Source: Candidatus Saccharimonadota bacterium
GTDB taxonomy: Bacteria; Patescibacteriota; Gracilibacteria; UBA4473
Assembly (NCBI GenBank): GCA_030429505.1
Contig: JAUIFI010000001.1
Span: 120,001 to 152,000, forward strand
DNA: 32,000 nt
Reading direction: 5' to 3'
The stretch's first letter is position 1. Each line of letters opens with the position of its first letter. This document shows, one piece after another, positions 1 through 7,768 of this stretch. The position numbers and the translations under genes were made by a program. The notes beneath the pieces are model-generated. The model was given only the letters and a program-made list of their open reading frames with translations. It was not told the DNA's origin and searched no databases.

Positions 1-43
1 CAAACAAAGTCTCTAAAAAAGCATTAGTTTGTGAACAATTTTT

Positions 44-72
44 TTGACCAAAAAAAAGATTTTTTCTATGCT
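44..72 (+). promoter_or_regulatory. candidate sigma70-like promoter upstream of the LCP gene
   Basis: TTGACC (44-49), 17-nt spacer, TATGCT (67-72). The ATG at 81 lies 8 nt after the -10 hexamer and has no Shine-Dalgarno. Chance matches are likely in AT-rich DNA. Confidence 0.3.
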
Positions 73-80
73 ACTTACCG

Positions 81-1427
81 ATGAAATTCAAAGTTAAGAA
101 GATACAAACACGCTCCACAAGAGTAAAAAATAAATGGTGGCGAAAAATAGTTCGAAACCTTGGTCCTAAAAAATCACTAACTCTGGCTATTTTACTAGCG
201 TTTGTTCTCTTGTTATGGGGAGGAAGTGCTCTCGTGAAATCAGATTTGTTTTTAACCAAAGCAACAAGAAGCATTTTTTCATTTGGACCTCTAAAAAAAG
301 ATAAACACGGACATACCAATATACTATTTTTGGGAGTCGCAGGAGAAGGCTCTGAGGGCGGTAATTTGTCCGACTCTATTATGATTGCCTCCTTTAATCC
401 AGCTGAACCAACTGTATCATTCCTAAGTTTACCTCGCGATCTCTTTGTCTCCTCTAAAGTTGGAGATCGAAAAGTGAATGAAATCTATGCTGCTGCCAAG
501 TTTAAGTACAAAGATGACAAACGAGGTTTAAGCATCATGAAAGATGCCATATCTAATTTTACAGGGGTTGATATTCATTACGGAGCTGTTGTGAATTTTA
601 AAATATTTGAAGAACTCGTAGATGCTATGAATGGTATCGATATTTTTGTTCCTGAAGATATAGCAGATCCTTTTTATCCAGATGAAAATTATGGATATCA
701 AACCTTTGTTGTTCGAAAAGGGCTTCAAAAATTCGATGGATCTACCGCGCTTAAATACGCTCGAAGTCGAAAGACATCTTCTGATTATGATAGAGCACGA
801 AGACAACAAGACCTCCTTCTCGCTATCCGAAAACGCGCTGAAGAATTATCTTTGCTTACAGATTTTGACAAGCTCAGACAATTTTATGATATTTACAAAT
901 CAAATTTAACTACAGATCTAGGCATAACCGAATTAATTGCTCTCGCTAAAATGGCTATGACGATTGATTATAGTAATGCTTTAGTCGCAGTCCTCAATAA
1001 TGATCCAACTAAAAAAGGAGGATTCCTTTATACCCCAGCGAAGGAATTTTATGGTGGTCAATTTGTCCTCTTGCCTGAAAATCTAAAAGATACACAACTG
1101 TTTATGGACTTAGTTTTGATTCACCCAGAGGTCTTTCTGGAAAATGCCCAACTTTCAATACTCAATGGTTCGAAAATGGATGGAAAAGCTACACAAACCG
1201 CTCATCGACTTAGAAGACTCGGACTACATGTCATTGAAGTTGCAAACTATGATTCAGATACTCCAGTATTTCGAACGTTTCTCAAAAATTTTACCACCGA
1301 AGAAAAACCAAGAACGCTTAAGATTCTCCAACATATGTTTAATATCGAGACAATCGAAGATATTCCCGAAGAATACATTCCAGAAGGAAATCTCATTGAT
1401 TATCAGATGGTCATAGGAACCAACTAA
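81..1427 (+). CDS. LytR-CpsA-Psr (LCP) family cell-envelope glycopolymer ligase with C-terminal LytR_C-like domain
   Basis: 448-aa ORF with an N-terminal TM segment (LTLAILLAFVLLLWGG). LCP core motifs: HTNILFLGVAGEG, SDSIMIASFNP, SLPRDLFV, NEIY, ALKYARSRK, DYDRARRQQ. C-terminal LSILNGSKMDGKATQTAHRLRRLGLHV resembles LytR_C. Confidence 0.88.
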   Translation: MKFKVKKIQTRSTRVKNKWWRKIVRNLGPKKSLTLAILLAFVLLLWGGSALVKSDLFLTKATRSIFSFGPLKKDKHGHTNILFLGVAGEGSEGGNLSDSIMIASFNPAEPTVSFLSLPRDLFVSSKVGDRKVNEIYAAAKFKYKDDKRGLSIMKDAISNFTGVDIHYGAVVNFKIFEELVDAMNGIDIFVPEDIADPFYPDENYGYQTFVVRKGLQKFDGSTALKYARSRKTSSDYDRARRQQDLLLAIRKRAEELSLLTDFDKLRQFYDIYKSNLTTDLGITELIALAKMAMTIDYSNALVAVLNNDPTKKGGFLYTPAKEFYGGQFVLLPENLKDTQLFMDLVLIHPEVFLENAQLSILNGSKMDGKATQTAHRLRRLGLHVIEVANYDSDTPVFRTFLKNFTTEEKPRTLKILQHMFNIETIEDIPEEYIPEGNLIDYQMVIGTN

Positions 1428-1465
1428 AGCTTGATTTTTCGAAGAAAAAACAGAATCATAAAGAT

Positions 1466-1879
1466 ATGAAGAGATGGCACTATTGCTTATTAGTACTCAC
1501 AATGTTTGTCTTGCCCTTGGCACAAGCACAACCTCCGCCAAAAGTAACTCGATACGAAGCTCCACCAATTCTCAATGGTAATATTTTACCTGGATCATCA
1601 AACGAACAGTTTGTAAATGATCCTATTGTCGGAACTCGCTACATCACACAACGTCTAGCTCCAGGACTTGCGAACTGGTTAATAGTAGCATTACTAGCTT
1701 TATCTGTCGGAGTGTTGATTGTAGGAGGAGTAATGATGATGATAAGTTCTGGAGAATCTGATACGAAACAAAAAGCAAAGACTATGATTATATGGGCCCT
1801 TGTAGGAGTAGTGATTGGCATTATATCCTTTGCTATTGTGAATTTTGTGATTGGCATTGATTTTGAACTTATAGAATGA
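1466..1879 (+). CDS. small secreted/membrane protein, VirB2/TrbC-like ('T4SS pilin'-like) two-helix hairpin
   Basis: 137 aa. Signal peptide MKRWHYCLLVLTMFVLPLAQAQ, followed by PPPK. C-terminal hairpin: LIVALLALSVGVLIVGGVMMMISSGESDTKQKAKTMIIWALVGVVIGIISFAIVNFVIG. Size and topology match VirB2/TrbC-type pilins. Confidence 0.7.
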   Translation: MKRWHYCLLVLTMFVLPLAQAQPPPKVTRYEAPPILNGNILPGSSNEQFVNDPIVGTRYITQRLAPGLANWLIVALLALSVGVLIVGGVMMMISSGESDTKQKAKTMIIWALVGVVIGIISFAIVNFVIGIDFELIE

Positions 1880-2727
1880 AATACATAATTTGGATAACCG
1901 TCTTAATGATTTCTGTGATGAGCGGAAACCTCATCTATGCTCAGGTGCAGTTAGGAGATCTGGATAGTGCAGGAACCCCAGATGAAATAAAATTTAGTAC
2001 TGTGGAAAATGCACTTTTTCCAACTTGGCGAGGAGCCACAGCCTTGGAAAATATGCGAAAAAAAATAGAAGCAAATCTCAATGGACCAGATAGCCAAGAA
2101 TTGGAAGGATTAAAAAAGAGATTAGAAGCTGCTCAAAAAACACTAGAGCCGAAGCAGAAAGTTTTTGATAGTCTCAAAAAAGATGTAGATGAAAAAAATG
2201 AAAAACTTCAACAATATTATGAAGAAGTACGATTTACTAGAGTAGAGCTCGATGCTTGTCATGGTGGTAGCGGTCCTTGTGTAGATGAGACAGAAGATCA
2301 CAAGCAAGCATTAGCCAGAATGACAGACCAATTAAGAAAAGTAAATTTTGCCAAAGAAGATTTAGAAGATGCCAGGGTAGATATGCTTCCTGAACAAACA
2401 AATGTCGAGCGAATCAACCAAGAAATCGATGATTTCTTTCTTGAATGGCATGACTTTAATATACCAGTAGATGGAGTGATTGGGAGAAATGATGACGGAT
2501 TTTTTTTACTTCAATACATTCCGCGAATTATTGATATTTTAATTAAAATAATCGCGCCACTTTTTATGGGAATGATGATATATGCTGGAATTAGGTTCCT
2601 CTATGCTGGAGATGATGAAGAAGAGCTTTCCAAGGCCAAAGATTTTTTCCTTTACGCGTTTATTGGCATTATATTTGTCCTTTTTAGTTACTCTATACTT
2701 AAAGCAGTATATTTTCTTTTGGCATGA
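1876..2727 (+). CDS. secreted coiled-coil protein with C-terminal pilin-like hairpin anchor
   Basis: 283 aa. ATGA overlap with the upstream ORF (1876-1879). Signal-like N-terminus MKYIIWITVLMISVMSGNLIYAQ. Charged heptad-like middle (KKRLEAAQKTLEPKQKVFDSLKKDVDEKNEKLQQYYEE). C-terminal hairpin IIAPLFMGMMIYAGIRFLYAGDDEEELSKAKDFFLYAFIGIIFVLF. Confidence 0.7.
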   Translation: MKYIIWITVLMISVMSGNLIYAQVQLGDLDSAGTPDEIKFSTVENALFPTWRGATALENMRKKIEANLNGPDSQELEGLKKRLEAAQKTLEPKQKVFDSLKKDVDEKNEKLQQYYEEVRFTRVELDACHGGSGPCVDETEDHKQALARMTDQLRKVNFAKEDLEDARVDMLPEQTNVERINQEIDDFFLEWHDFNIPVDGVIGRNDDGFFLLQYIPRIIDILIKIIAPLFMGMMIYAGIRFLYAGDDEEELSKAKDFFLYAFIGIIFVLFSYSILKAVYFLLA

Positions 2728-3779
2728 AAAAGTTCTGTATAGGTTTTCTAAGTTTTATATTCCTCTTTGGAGGAATGGTTTTAGCAAAAGATGTGACACC
2801 TTACGATCTTGGAAAAGCTATGCGAGACGTACAACAAAAAAAATTCTATATCCAAGTTGAATTACCACAGCATCTACCAGGGATAGATGAGCAAAGTCTT
2901 CAAGGCAATGCCTCTGATGTAACTGTATTTCTTCAAAGATTTGCAAATGGTATTGCTGGTATTGCCGGATCCATTGCTGTTATATTTATCATTATAAATG
3001 CTTTTGGTATGGCTGGATCGGCGGGAAATACAGAAGCCATAGAAAAGGCCAAAAAAGGACTTATTTGGTCTATCGCAGGACTAGTTCTTATTATCATGGC
3101 TTATGTAATAGTAAAAACCGTGCTTTCTCTCTCTTACTCAGGACAAGAAATAGTAGCAACCAAATGTAATGATGGCATTGATAATGATGGTGACGGATTC
3201 ATTGATACAGACGATATGGATTGTTTTAGAGAGTTTGATGATAGAATGGCATATGATCCAACGATCAATAGTGAATCAGGAGCAAAGACCGAATGTATAG
3301 ACGGTATTGATAATGGTGGTGACGGATATATTGATAATAATGACTTCAACTGCTGGAGAGACTTTGATGACCGGAGCACCTACGATCCAACGATCCAAGT
3401 AGAAGATCCAGTGCCACCGAAGCCAGTATTGGAAAATTTCTTAACGGAAAGATGGTATCTTCCTGAAGGAGTTCGTATTCCAGAGAGCCTTGGATTCTTT
3501 GATCGTGAATCTATCAAGGTTTGGAGTACAGGAGCTATTCCCGATGAATCAATAGACTTAGAAGAATGGGAAAAAGTTGGAGTAGATATTGAAAACATTG
3601 ATCAATTTTCAGAAGATGATTTCCAATACCTTCGAGATACATTTGGCACTTGGAAAGATAAAGCTTTACGTGAATTGCAGGCTCTATCTGAGTTAGAAAG
3701 AAAACAATTAAGAACAGCTCCACTTCAAAAAAGAAGAGACATAATACAAGAATTTAGAAAACGGAGACCACTCTCTTGA
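2724..3779 (+). CDS. pilin-like hairpin protein with two Cys-bracketed DNDGDG (calcium-binding-like) modules
   Basis: 351 aa. ATGA overlap at 2724-2727. Signal-like N-terminus. Hairpin IAGIAGSIAVIFIIINAFGMAGSAGNTEAIEKAKKGLIWSIAGLVLIIMAYVIV. Then KCNDGIDNDGDGFIDTDDMDCFREFDDRMAYDPTI and ECIDGIDNGGDGYIDNNDFNCWRDFDDRSTYDPTI. Acidic/charged C-terminal region. Confidence 0.72.
   Translation: MKKFCIGFLSFIFLFGGMVLAKDVTPYDLGKAMRDVQQKKFYIQVELPQHLPGIDEQSLQGNASDVTVFLQRFANGIAGIAGSIAVIFIIINAFGMAGSAGNTEAIEKAKKGLIWSIAGLVLIIMAYVIVKTVLSLSYSGQEIVATKCNDGIDNDGDGFIDTDDMDCFREFDDRMAYDPTINSESGAKTECIDGIDNGGDGYIDNNDFNCWRDFDDRSTYDPTIQVEDPVPPKPVLENFLTERWYLPEGVRIPESLGFFDRESIKVWSTGAIPDESIDLEEWEKVGVDIENIDQFSEDDFQYLRDTFGTWKDKALRELQALSELERKQLRTAPLQKRRDIIQEFRKRRPLS
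3165..3401 (+). repeat. in-frame tandem duplication (2 x 43 codons) encoding the CxDGxDNxGDGxxDxxDxxC...FDDRxxYDPTI module
   Basis: The Cys codon of copy 1 is at 3165 and of copy 2 at 3294, giving a 129-nt period. The two peptide copies align residue for residue. Confidence 0.8.
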
Positions 3780-3820
3780 GAAATATTGAATCACCTGATT
3801 CATCAAATAGCTTCCTAGAA

Positions 3821-4447
3821 ATGGAATTTAAAAAATTAGTCGAGCATCGTCGTTCTATCCACCACTTTCTTCCTGGAAAAAAAATATCAGATATAGAGTT
3901 TCAAAGCATTATAGAACTCGTTCGACTCACACCATCTGGTTACAATGCTCAACCATGGGAATTTATACTGATTCGAGAAGATAAGACGCTAGAAAAAATA
4001 CAACACATTGCTTACGATCAATCTCATGTCACTCAAGCTGGAAATATAGTAGTTGCATTAGGGAATACTGCTTTCGGGGAAGAAGAATGGGAAAGAATTT
4101 GTGCAGAATGGAAAAAATTCCGATCATTAAACACAGAAAAATTAGATGGTCTCAAAAGCTCTCTTACCAAAATTCGCAGTCTTCAGAAAAACAGAGAAAT
4201 GGTAATCCGTAATGGAGCCTTGGCTTGCATGACATTCCTTTATGCTACTGAATCTTTAGGCTGGAATACTTGTCCAATGATGGGATTTCGACAGTTAGAA
4301 CTTAAAAAACTCCTTCATATTCCTTCCAAAAAAATTCCACTCATGATGATAGCTCTTGGCAAAGCTGATCCAAACAAAAAAGATCAAAGACTCCCAAGGA
4401 AGTCCGTAGAGGAGATAGCATACTATGAAAAATATGGTGACAAATAA
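3821..4447 (+). CDS. nitroreductase family protein
   Basis: RRSIHHFLPGKKISD and TPSGYNAQPWEF motifs, about 208 aa. ATG at 3821 is preferred over the TTG at 3776 used by the ORF track. Confidence 0.8.
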   Translation: MEFKKLVEHRRSIHHFLPGKKISDIEFQSIIELVRLTPSGYNAQPWEFILIREDKTLEKIQHIAYDQSHVTQAGNIVVALGNTAFGEEEWERICAEWKKFRSLNTEKLDGLKSSLTKIRSLQKNREMVIRNGALACMTFLYATESLGWNTCPMMGFRQLELKKLLHIPSKKIPLMMIALGKADPNKKDQRLPRKSVEEIAYYEKYGDK

Positions 4448-4480
4448 GTCTCTAGATATCCTAAGTTCAATATTTTCTTT

Positions 4481-4556
4481 GTCATCCTGAACTTGTTTCA
4501 GGATCTTGAGAGTGTCCTATAGCAGTACAAAGATTCTGAAATAAATTCAGAATGAC
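4481..4556. repeat. nested palindromic intergenic element (two related 8-bp hairpins whose outer arms are also inverted repeats)
   Basis: Hairpin 1: ATCCTGAA(4484-4491) cttgt TTCAGGAT(4497-4504). Hairpin 2: ATTCTGAA(4533-4540) ataaa TTCAGAAT(4546-4553). Outer GTCAT(4481-4485) pairs with ATGAC(4552-4556). Only one copy occurs in this window. Confidence 0.55.
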
Positions 4557-4841
4557 AGGAAGTTTTCTTGGGAATATTTTTTTTGAGGTTTTTGGTTTGC
4601 AATTTTTTAGAAATCAATATCACAGGAGCGCCCCCGTTTATTAAACGAAGTTTTGATGAGCGTAGAGGGTAGTGACGACTATCCTTCCATCTAGTAAATT
4701 AGATGGATAGAAGAAGGCTCCAAACCTTCCTCAGCAAAAAGGCTATGATGTATGTATACACATGGTCTTTTTGTGGTTTTAGTATTGAGTTAGGATAACA
4801 TCAAAACAAGAAAAAATACCCTAGCTACCCGTCTATTTTCT

Positions 4842-5348
4842 CTACCCGCCTCCCATTAATTTTCGCTTCAACTCTTCCGCTTCTTCAACACTTCCACTTT
4901 CTTCTTCAGTTTCTTCTTGCTTGATGACCGCGATATTTCGTTCTTTTTCTCGTTCTGCTTTCAGTTTTGCTACATCTTCTGAAAACTCTTGCTCTAGCTC
5001 TGAAAACTTTTTTCGTTCTTCACGAAAAATAGAAAAAAGCTCATTAATTTGATCAATACTCAACCGAGGAATAGCGTCAATAACCCTGTTTTTTTCCTCC
5101 ATTGTCAACGATATGGAGCCTTCTAACAAATCTAAAAAATCCGCTTCATCAAACTGTGTGTTGGGATGAGGGGGAATGACAAATAAATGTTTATCCCTCT
5201 TGGGAAGACGACCAGTATCTCCAGAAGATGAAGCTTTTCCTGCGATAGACGAATCCTGAGAACCTCTTAAATCATCAGAAGACGAAGCCCCATCATCTCC
5301 TCCCGAATGAGATGAAAACTGGTCTTTCTGGATATTATCGTCAGACAT
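4842..5348 (-). CDS. hypothetical protein: acidic, disordered N-terminus plus a conserved helical domain
   Basis: 168 aa with an ATG start, 13 nt downstream of the rplU stop and so probably co-transcribed. The C-terminal half, FLDLLEGSISLTMEEKNRVIDAIPRLSIDQINELFSIFREERKKFSEL, is paralogous to ORF 8932-9264. Confidence 0.65.
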   Translation of the reverse strand: MSDDNIQKDQFSSHSGGDDGASSSDDLRGSQDSSIAGKASSSGDTGRLPKRDKHLFVIPPHPNTQFDEADFLDLLEGSISLTMEEKNRVIDAIPRLSIDQINELFSIFREERKKFSELEQEFSEDVAKLKAEREKERNIAVIKQEETEEESGSVEEAEELKRKLMGGG

Positions 5349-5361
5349 GGAAAGAAAAAAA

Positions 5362-5823
5362 TTAAGACTTTTTGGAGGTCTTTTTCACGGAGGCTGGTTT
5401 TTTCGTAGCAGGTTTCTTTACGATCGCTTTTTTCGAAGAAGTATTAGCAGGTGCTTTTTTTTCAGAAGCTTTTGGTTCAGCTTTTTTCGTAGCAGGCTTC
5501 AATGCTTTCTCATTTCCAATCTGGACAATCTCAATTACACTATAGTCTTGCCGATGTCCCAAAGTACGTCGGTACCGTTTTCTAGGCTTCATTTTGAATA
5601 CTCGAATTTTTTTCCCTCGCCCATGTTCTAGTACTTTTGCCTCAATCTTCAGTCCTTCAATAAAAGGAGTTCCAATCTGAAACTGACTTCCATCTTCTTC
5701 TGATACGAGCAAGGTTTCAAATTGTACCTTTTTTCCAACTTCGACATCAAGCTTATCAACTTCAATAGTCTCACCAACACTTACAAGGGCCTGATGGCCG
5801 CCAATTTTTGCGATTGCAATCAT
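5362..5823 (-). CDS. rplU: 50S ribosomal protein L21 with Lys/Ala/Pro-rich C-terminal extension
   Basis: MIAIAKIGGHQALVSVGETIEVDKL...KIRVFKMKPRKRYRRTLGHRQDYSVIEI is a typical L21 core. ATG at 5823 is preferred because the track start at 5862 is a TTG. Tail: KPATKKAEPKASEKKAPANTSSKKAIVKKPATKKPASVKKTSKKS. Confidence 0.92.
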   Translation of the reverse strand: MIAIAKIGGHQALVSVGETIEVDKLDVEVGKKVQFETLLVSEEDGSQFQIGTPFIEGLKIEAKVLEHGRGKKIRVFKMKPRKRYRRTLGHRQDYSVIEIVQIGNEKALKPATKKAEPKASEKKAPANTSSKKAIVKKPATKKPASVKKTSKKS

Positions 5824-5917
5824 GATATTCTGATAATAATCATTCGTCGGAGGTAAATACAAATTTACGCTTTATCCCGAACAAATAGAAAATACTTTCC
5901 CAATGTATCTAATTTTA

Positions 5918-7624
5918 CTACTTTGTCAATTCATCCGCAGGAACCGTATCCGTTTCTGCTGTGTTTTGTTCTGAAGAAAGTTGAGTAGAAGTATTTCCTT
6001 GCATGTGTTTTCTGGCCACCGCCAAGAAGTCAGCTCTTTTATTAATAAAGTATTCTCCATTTTCTTTTTCTTTTCCGGATAATTTATTAACACGTTGTCT
6101 TTCATGACCTTGGCTTATTTCTTCATCATGAAATAACTTTTCAAGTTTGGCATTTATATCAGCATCATCCTTCGGAAAATCATCACGACTTACGAGATAA
6201 GTTATGAGTTCTAAAGCCGGATCTTTAAGACTGTGTGCAAAAAACTTATCTACAATAAGTTTCATCGTATCTGTTCGTAAATTTTTATGTGTGACGAGTA
6301 GTTTTGACTGATCTCGATGAGCATAATGTTTTCCATAGAGATACATCTTACCGGCCATATAATGTAAGAAATTACCATCTGCGTGGGGAGAGTTAAGAAG
6401 TTCTCCAGGGAGAAAATTTCTTTGGTCATCTGCAACCCGTGTAAACATATAAGGATGTTTTAAGAAGTCTTTTTCTTTATCAGCTCCAGTTCCTTGGAAG
6501 AAAGATTTGGCTATTCCGAGAAGAAATTTAGGCGTCATGTTTTTATGATTGAGAGCATTTGCAGCATCCACACCAGAAATGCCCAAGTCATAATTCCAGA
6601 GATAAGTCAAAGCTTCAAATGGGGTGCTTTCATTCTCACATAAAGCCATTCTTATCCACGTACCATGTGCATGCTTTGCCGTGTCTAACAGAAAAGGAAC
6701 AGGCGTGCTTGTATTCCGGCAAACTGCTTGGAGTATTTTTCCCTTGGTCGTATTCATAAATACATTTTCATACTCGTGAAAATTTTTAAGGTTGGATTCG
6801 CTATTTTCATAGGGATCAATAACTTTTTTGCCTCCCTTGAGGTGGTTTTTAACAACATAATCAAAGAATATATCCCCAATTTTTTGAAGGTCCTTAGGCT
6901 TTGTGTTGGGATTATCTGCAATAGAAAGAAGAAGTTTTGCTTGTTCTTCATCCAGTATTGAAACATGTAAAGTATCCAAATTAATCTGTGCAAGCAAGAT
7001 GTCAATCTTCTCCACAGAGATATCACTTCGTGTAGCTAAGAGTGTATTTACAGCGGAAATGTTTCTCGAAAATAAAGCATCATATTGAGAAGAGGAAAGA
7101 TCTGACTTCTTAGCTAGCTGAGAGAGCATGCCAAACTCATTTGTATTGTTCTCTATAAAAGTATCTATGAATGAATTTTTTACATTATCAGGAATATGCT
7201 TATTTTTTAACAAGTGACCATGGAGAGAATCTCCAGGGTTCCATTCGTCATGGTTTCTCTTAGATGCCATGCTCTCCCAATCCCAAGACCCATCATCCTC
7301 ATTTGGAAGATTCGCAATGAGCATCCATAGCTCAGGAAGAGTGCATTTTTTGGCAAGTTCTTTCTTTCTATGAGTAGGGATTTCTCGAAGAATAGTATGG
7401 TTTTTGACGGCAATAGCTCCTAATGCTTGAATATCGAACGTATTAATATATTGATTGAGTTTTCCTAAATCTTTGTGAAATTTACCTGATGTTAATATCC
7501 GAGTTCCATCGTTTTTAAGAACATAAGCTTGATCAGCGAAAAGTTGTGAATTGGAAACAAGTTCATTCAGAACAGTTTCGCTTTGTGGGGGAAGATGTTC
7601 ATTGTAAAGGACTAAATACCTCAC
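5918..7624 (-). CDS. alpha-solenoid (HEAT/LRV-like) repeat protein; N-terminus uncertain, reading frame open up to 7768
   Basis: 568-aa ORF from a GTG. Repeat-like units: DEDVRYLVLYNEHLP, ADNPNTKPKDLQKI, CRNTSTPVPFLLDTA, CENESTPFEALTYL, HKNMTPKFLLGIA. No signal peptide or TM segment. See the finding on the in-frame TAA at 7769-7771. Confidence 0.7.
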   Translation of the reverse strand: MRYLVLYNEHLPPQSETVLNELVSNSQLFADQAYVLKNDGTRILTSGKFHKDLGKLNQYINTFDIQALGAIAVKNHTILREIPTHRKKELAKKCTLPELWMLIANLPNEDDGSWDWESMASKRNHDEWNPGDSLHGHLLKNKHIPDNVKNSFIDTFIENNTNEFGMLSQLAKKSDLSSSQYDALFSRNISAVNTLLATRSDISVEKIDILLAQINLDTLHVSILDEEQAKLLLSIADNPNTKPKDLQKIGDIFFDYVVKNHLKGGKKVIDPYENSESNLKNFHEYENVFMNTTKGKILQAVCRNTSTPVPFLLDTAKHAHGTWIRMALCENESTPFEALTYLWNYDLGISGVDAANALNHKNMTPKFLLGIAKSFFQGTGADKEKDFLKHPYMFTRVADDQRNFLPGELLNSPHADGNFLHYMAGKMYLYGKHYAHRDQSKLLVTHKNLRTDTMKLIVDKFFAHSLKDPALELITYLVSRDDFPKDDADINAKLEKLFHDEEISQGHERQRVNKLSGKEKENGEYFINKRADFLAVARKHMQGNTSTQLSSEQNTAETDTVPADELTK

Positions 7625-7768
7625 ATCTTCATCAGGGTCATGTATTAAGGTCAGTAAAACCTCAGGGTCTGTAGAAGTTTGTGCTAGATTTTTTCTTTCA
7701 AAAACTGATTTTTGAGCATAGATATATTCGTCCTCAGAGGATTTTTGTTCAGAAGATTCTCCTGAAAC

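Noticed and set aside
71-319. 82-aa minus-strand ORF at the window start
   Set aside because: It is antisense to the well-supported LCP gene and its promoter region, and has no independent support.
3165-3401. Tandem repeats (here and at 10064-10183) as a possible CRISPR or satellite array
   Set aside because: There are only two copies of each. They are in frame within long ORFs and encode conserved peptide modules. There is no spacer-repeat organisation.
4651-4680. Hammerhead-ribozyme-like GATGAG ... CGA string in the long intergenic region
   Set aside because: The conserved CUGAUGA...GAAA core and the three closing helices cannot be assembled around it, so this is probably coincidence.
5347-5631. 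94-aa Phe/Arg-rich ORF on the plus strand
   Set aside because: It is the antisense shadow of the Lys-rich L21 tail: AAA/AAG codons read as TTT/CTT on the opposite strand. It has no independent support.
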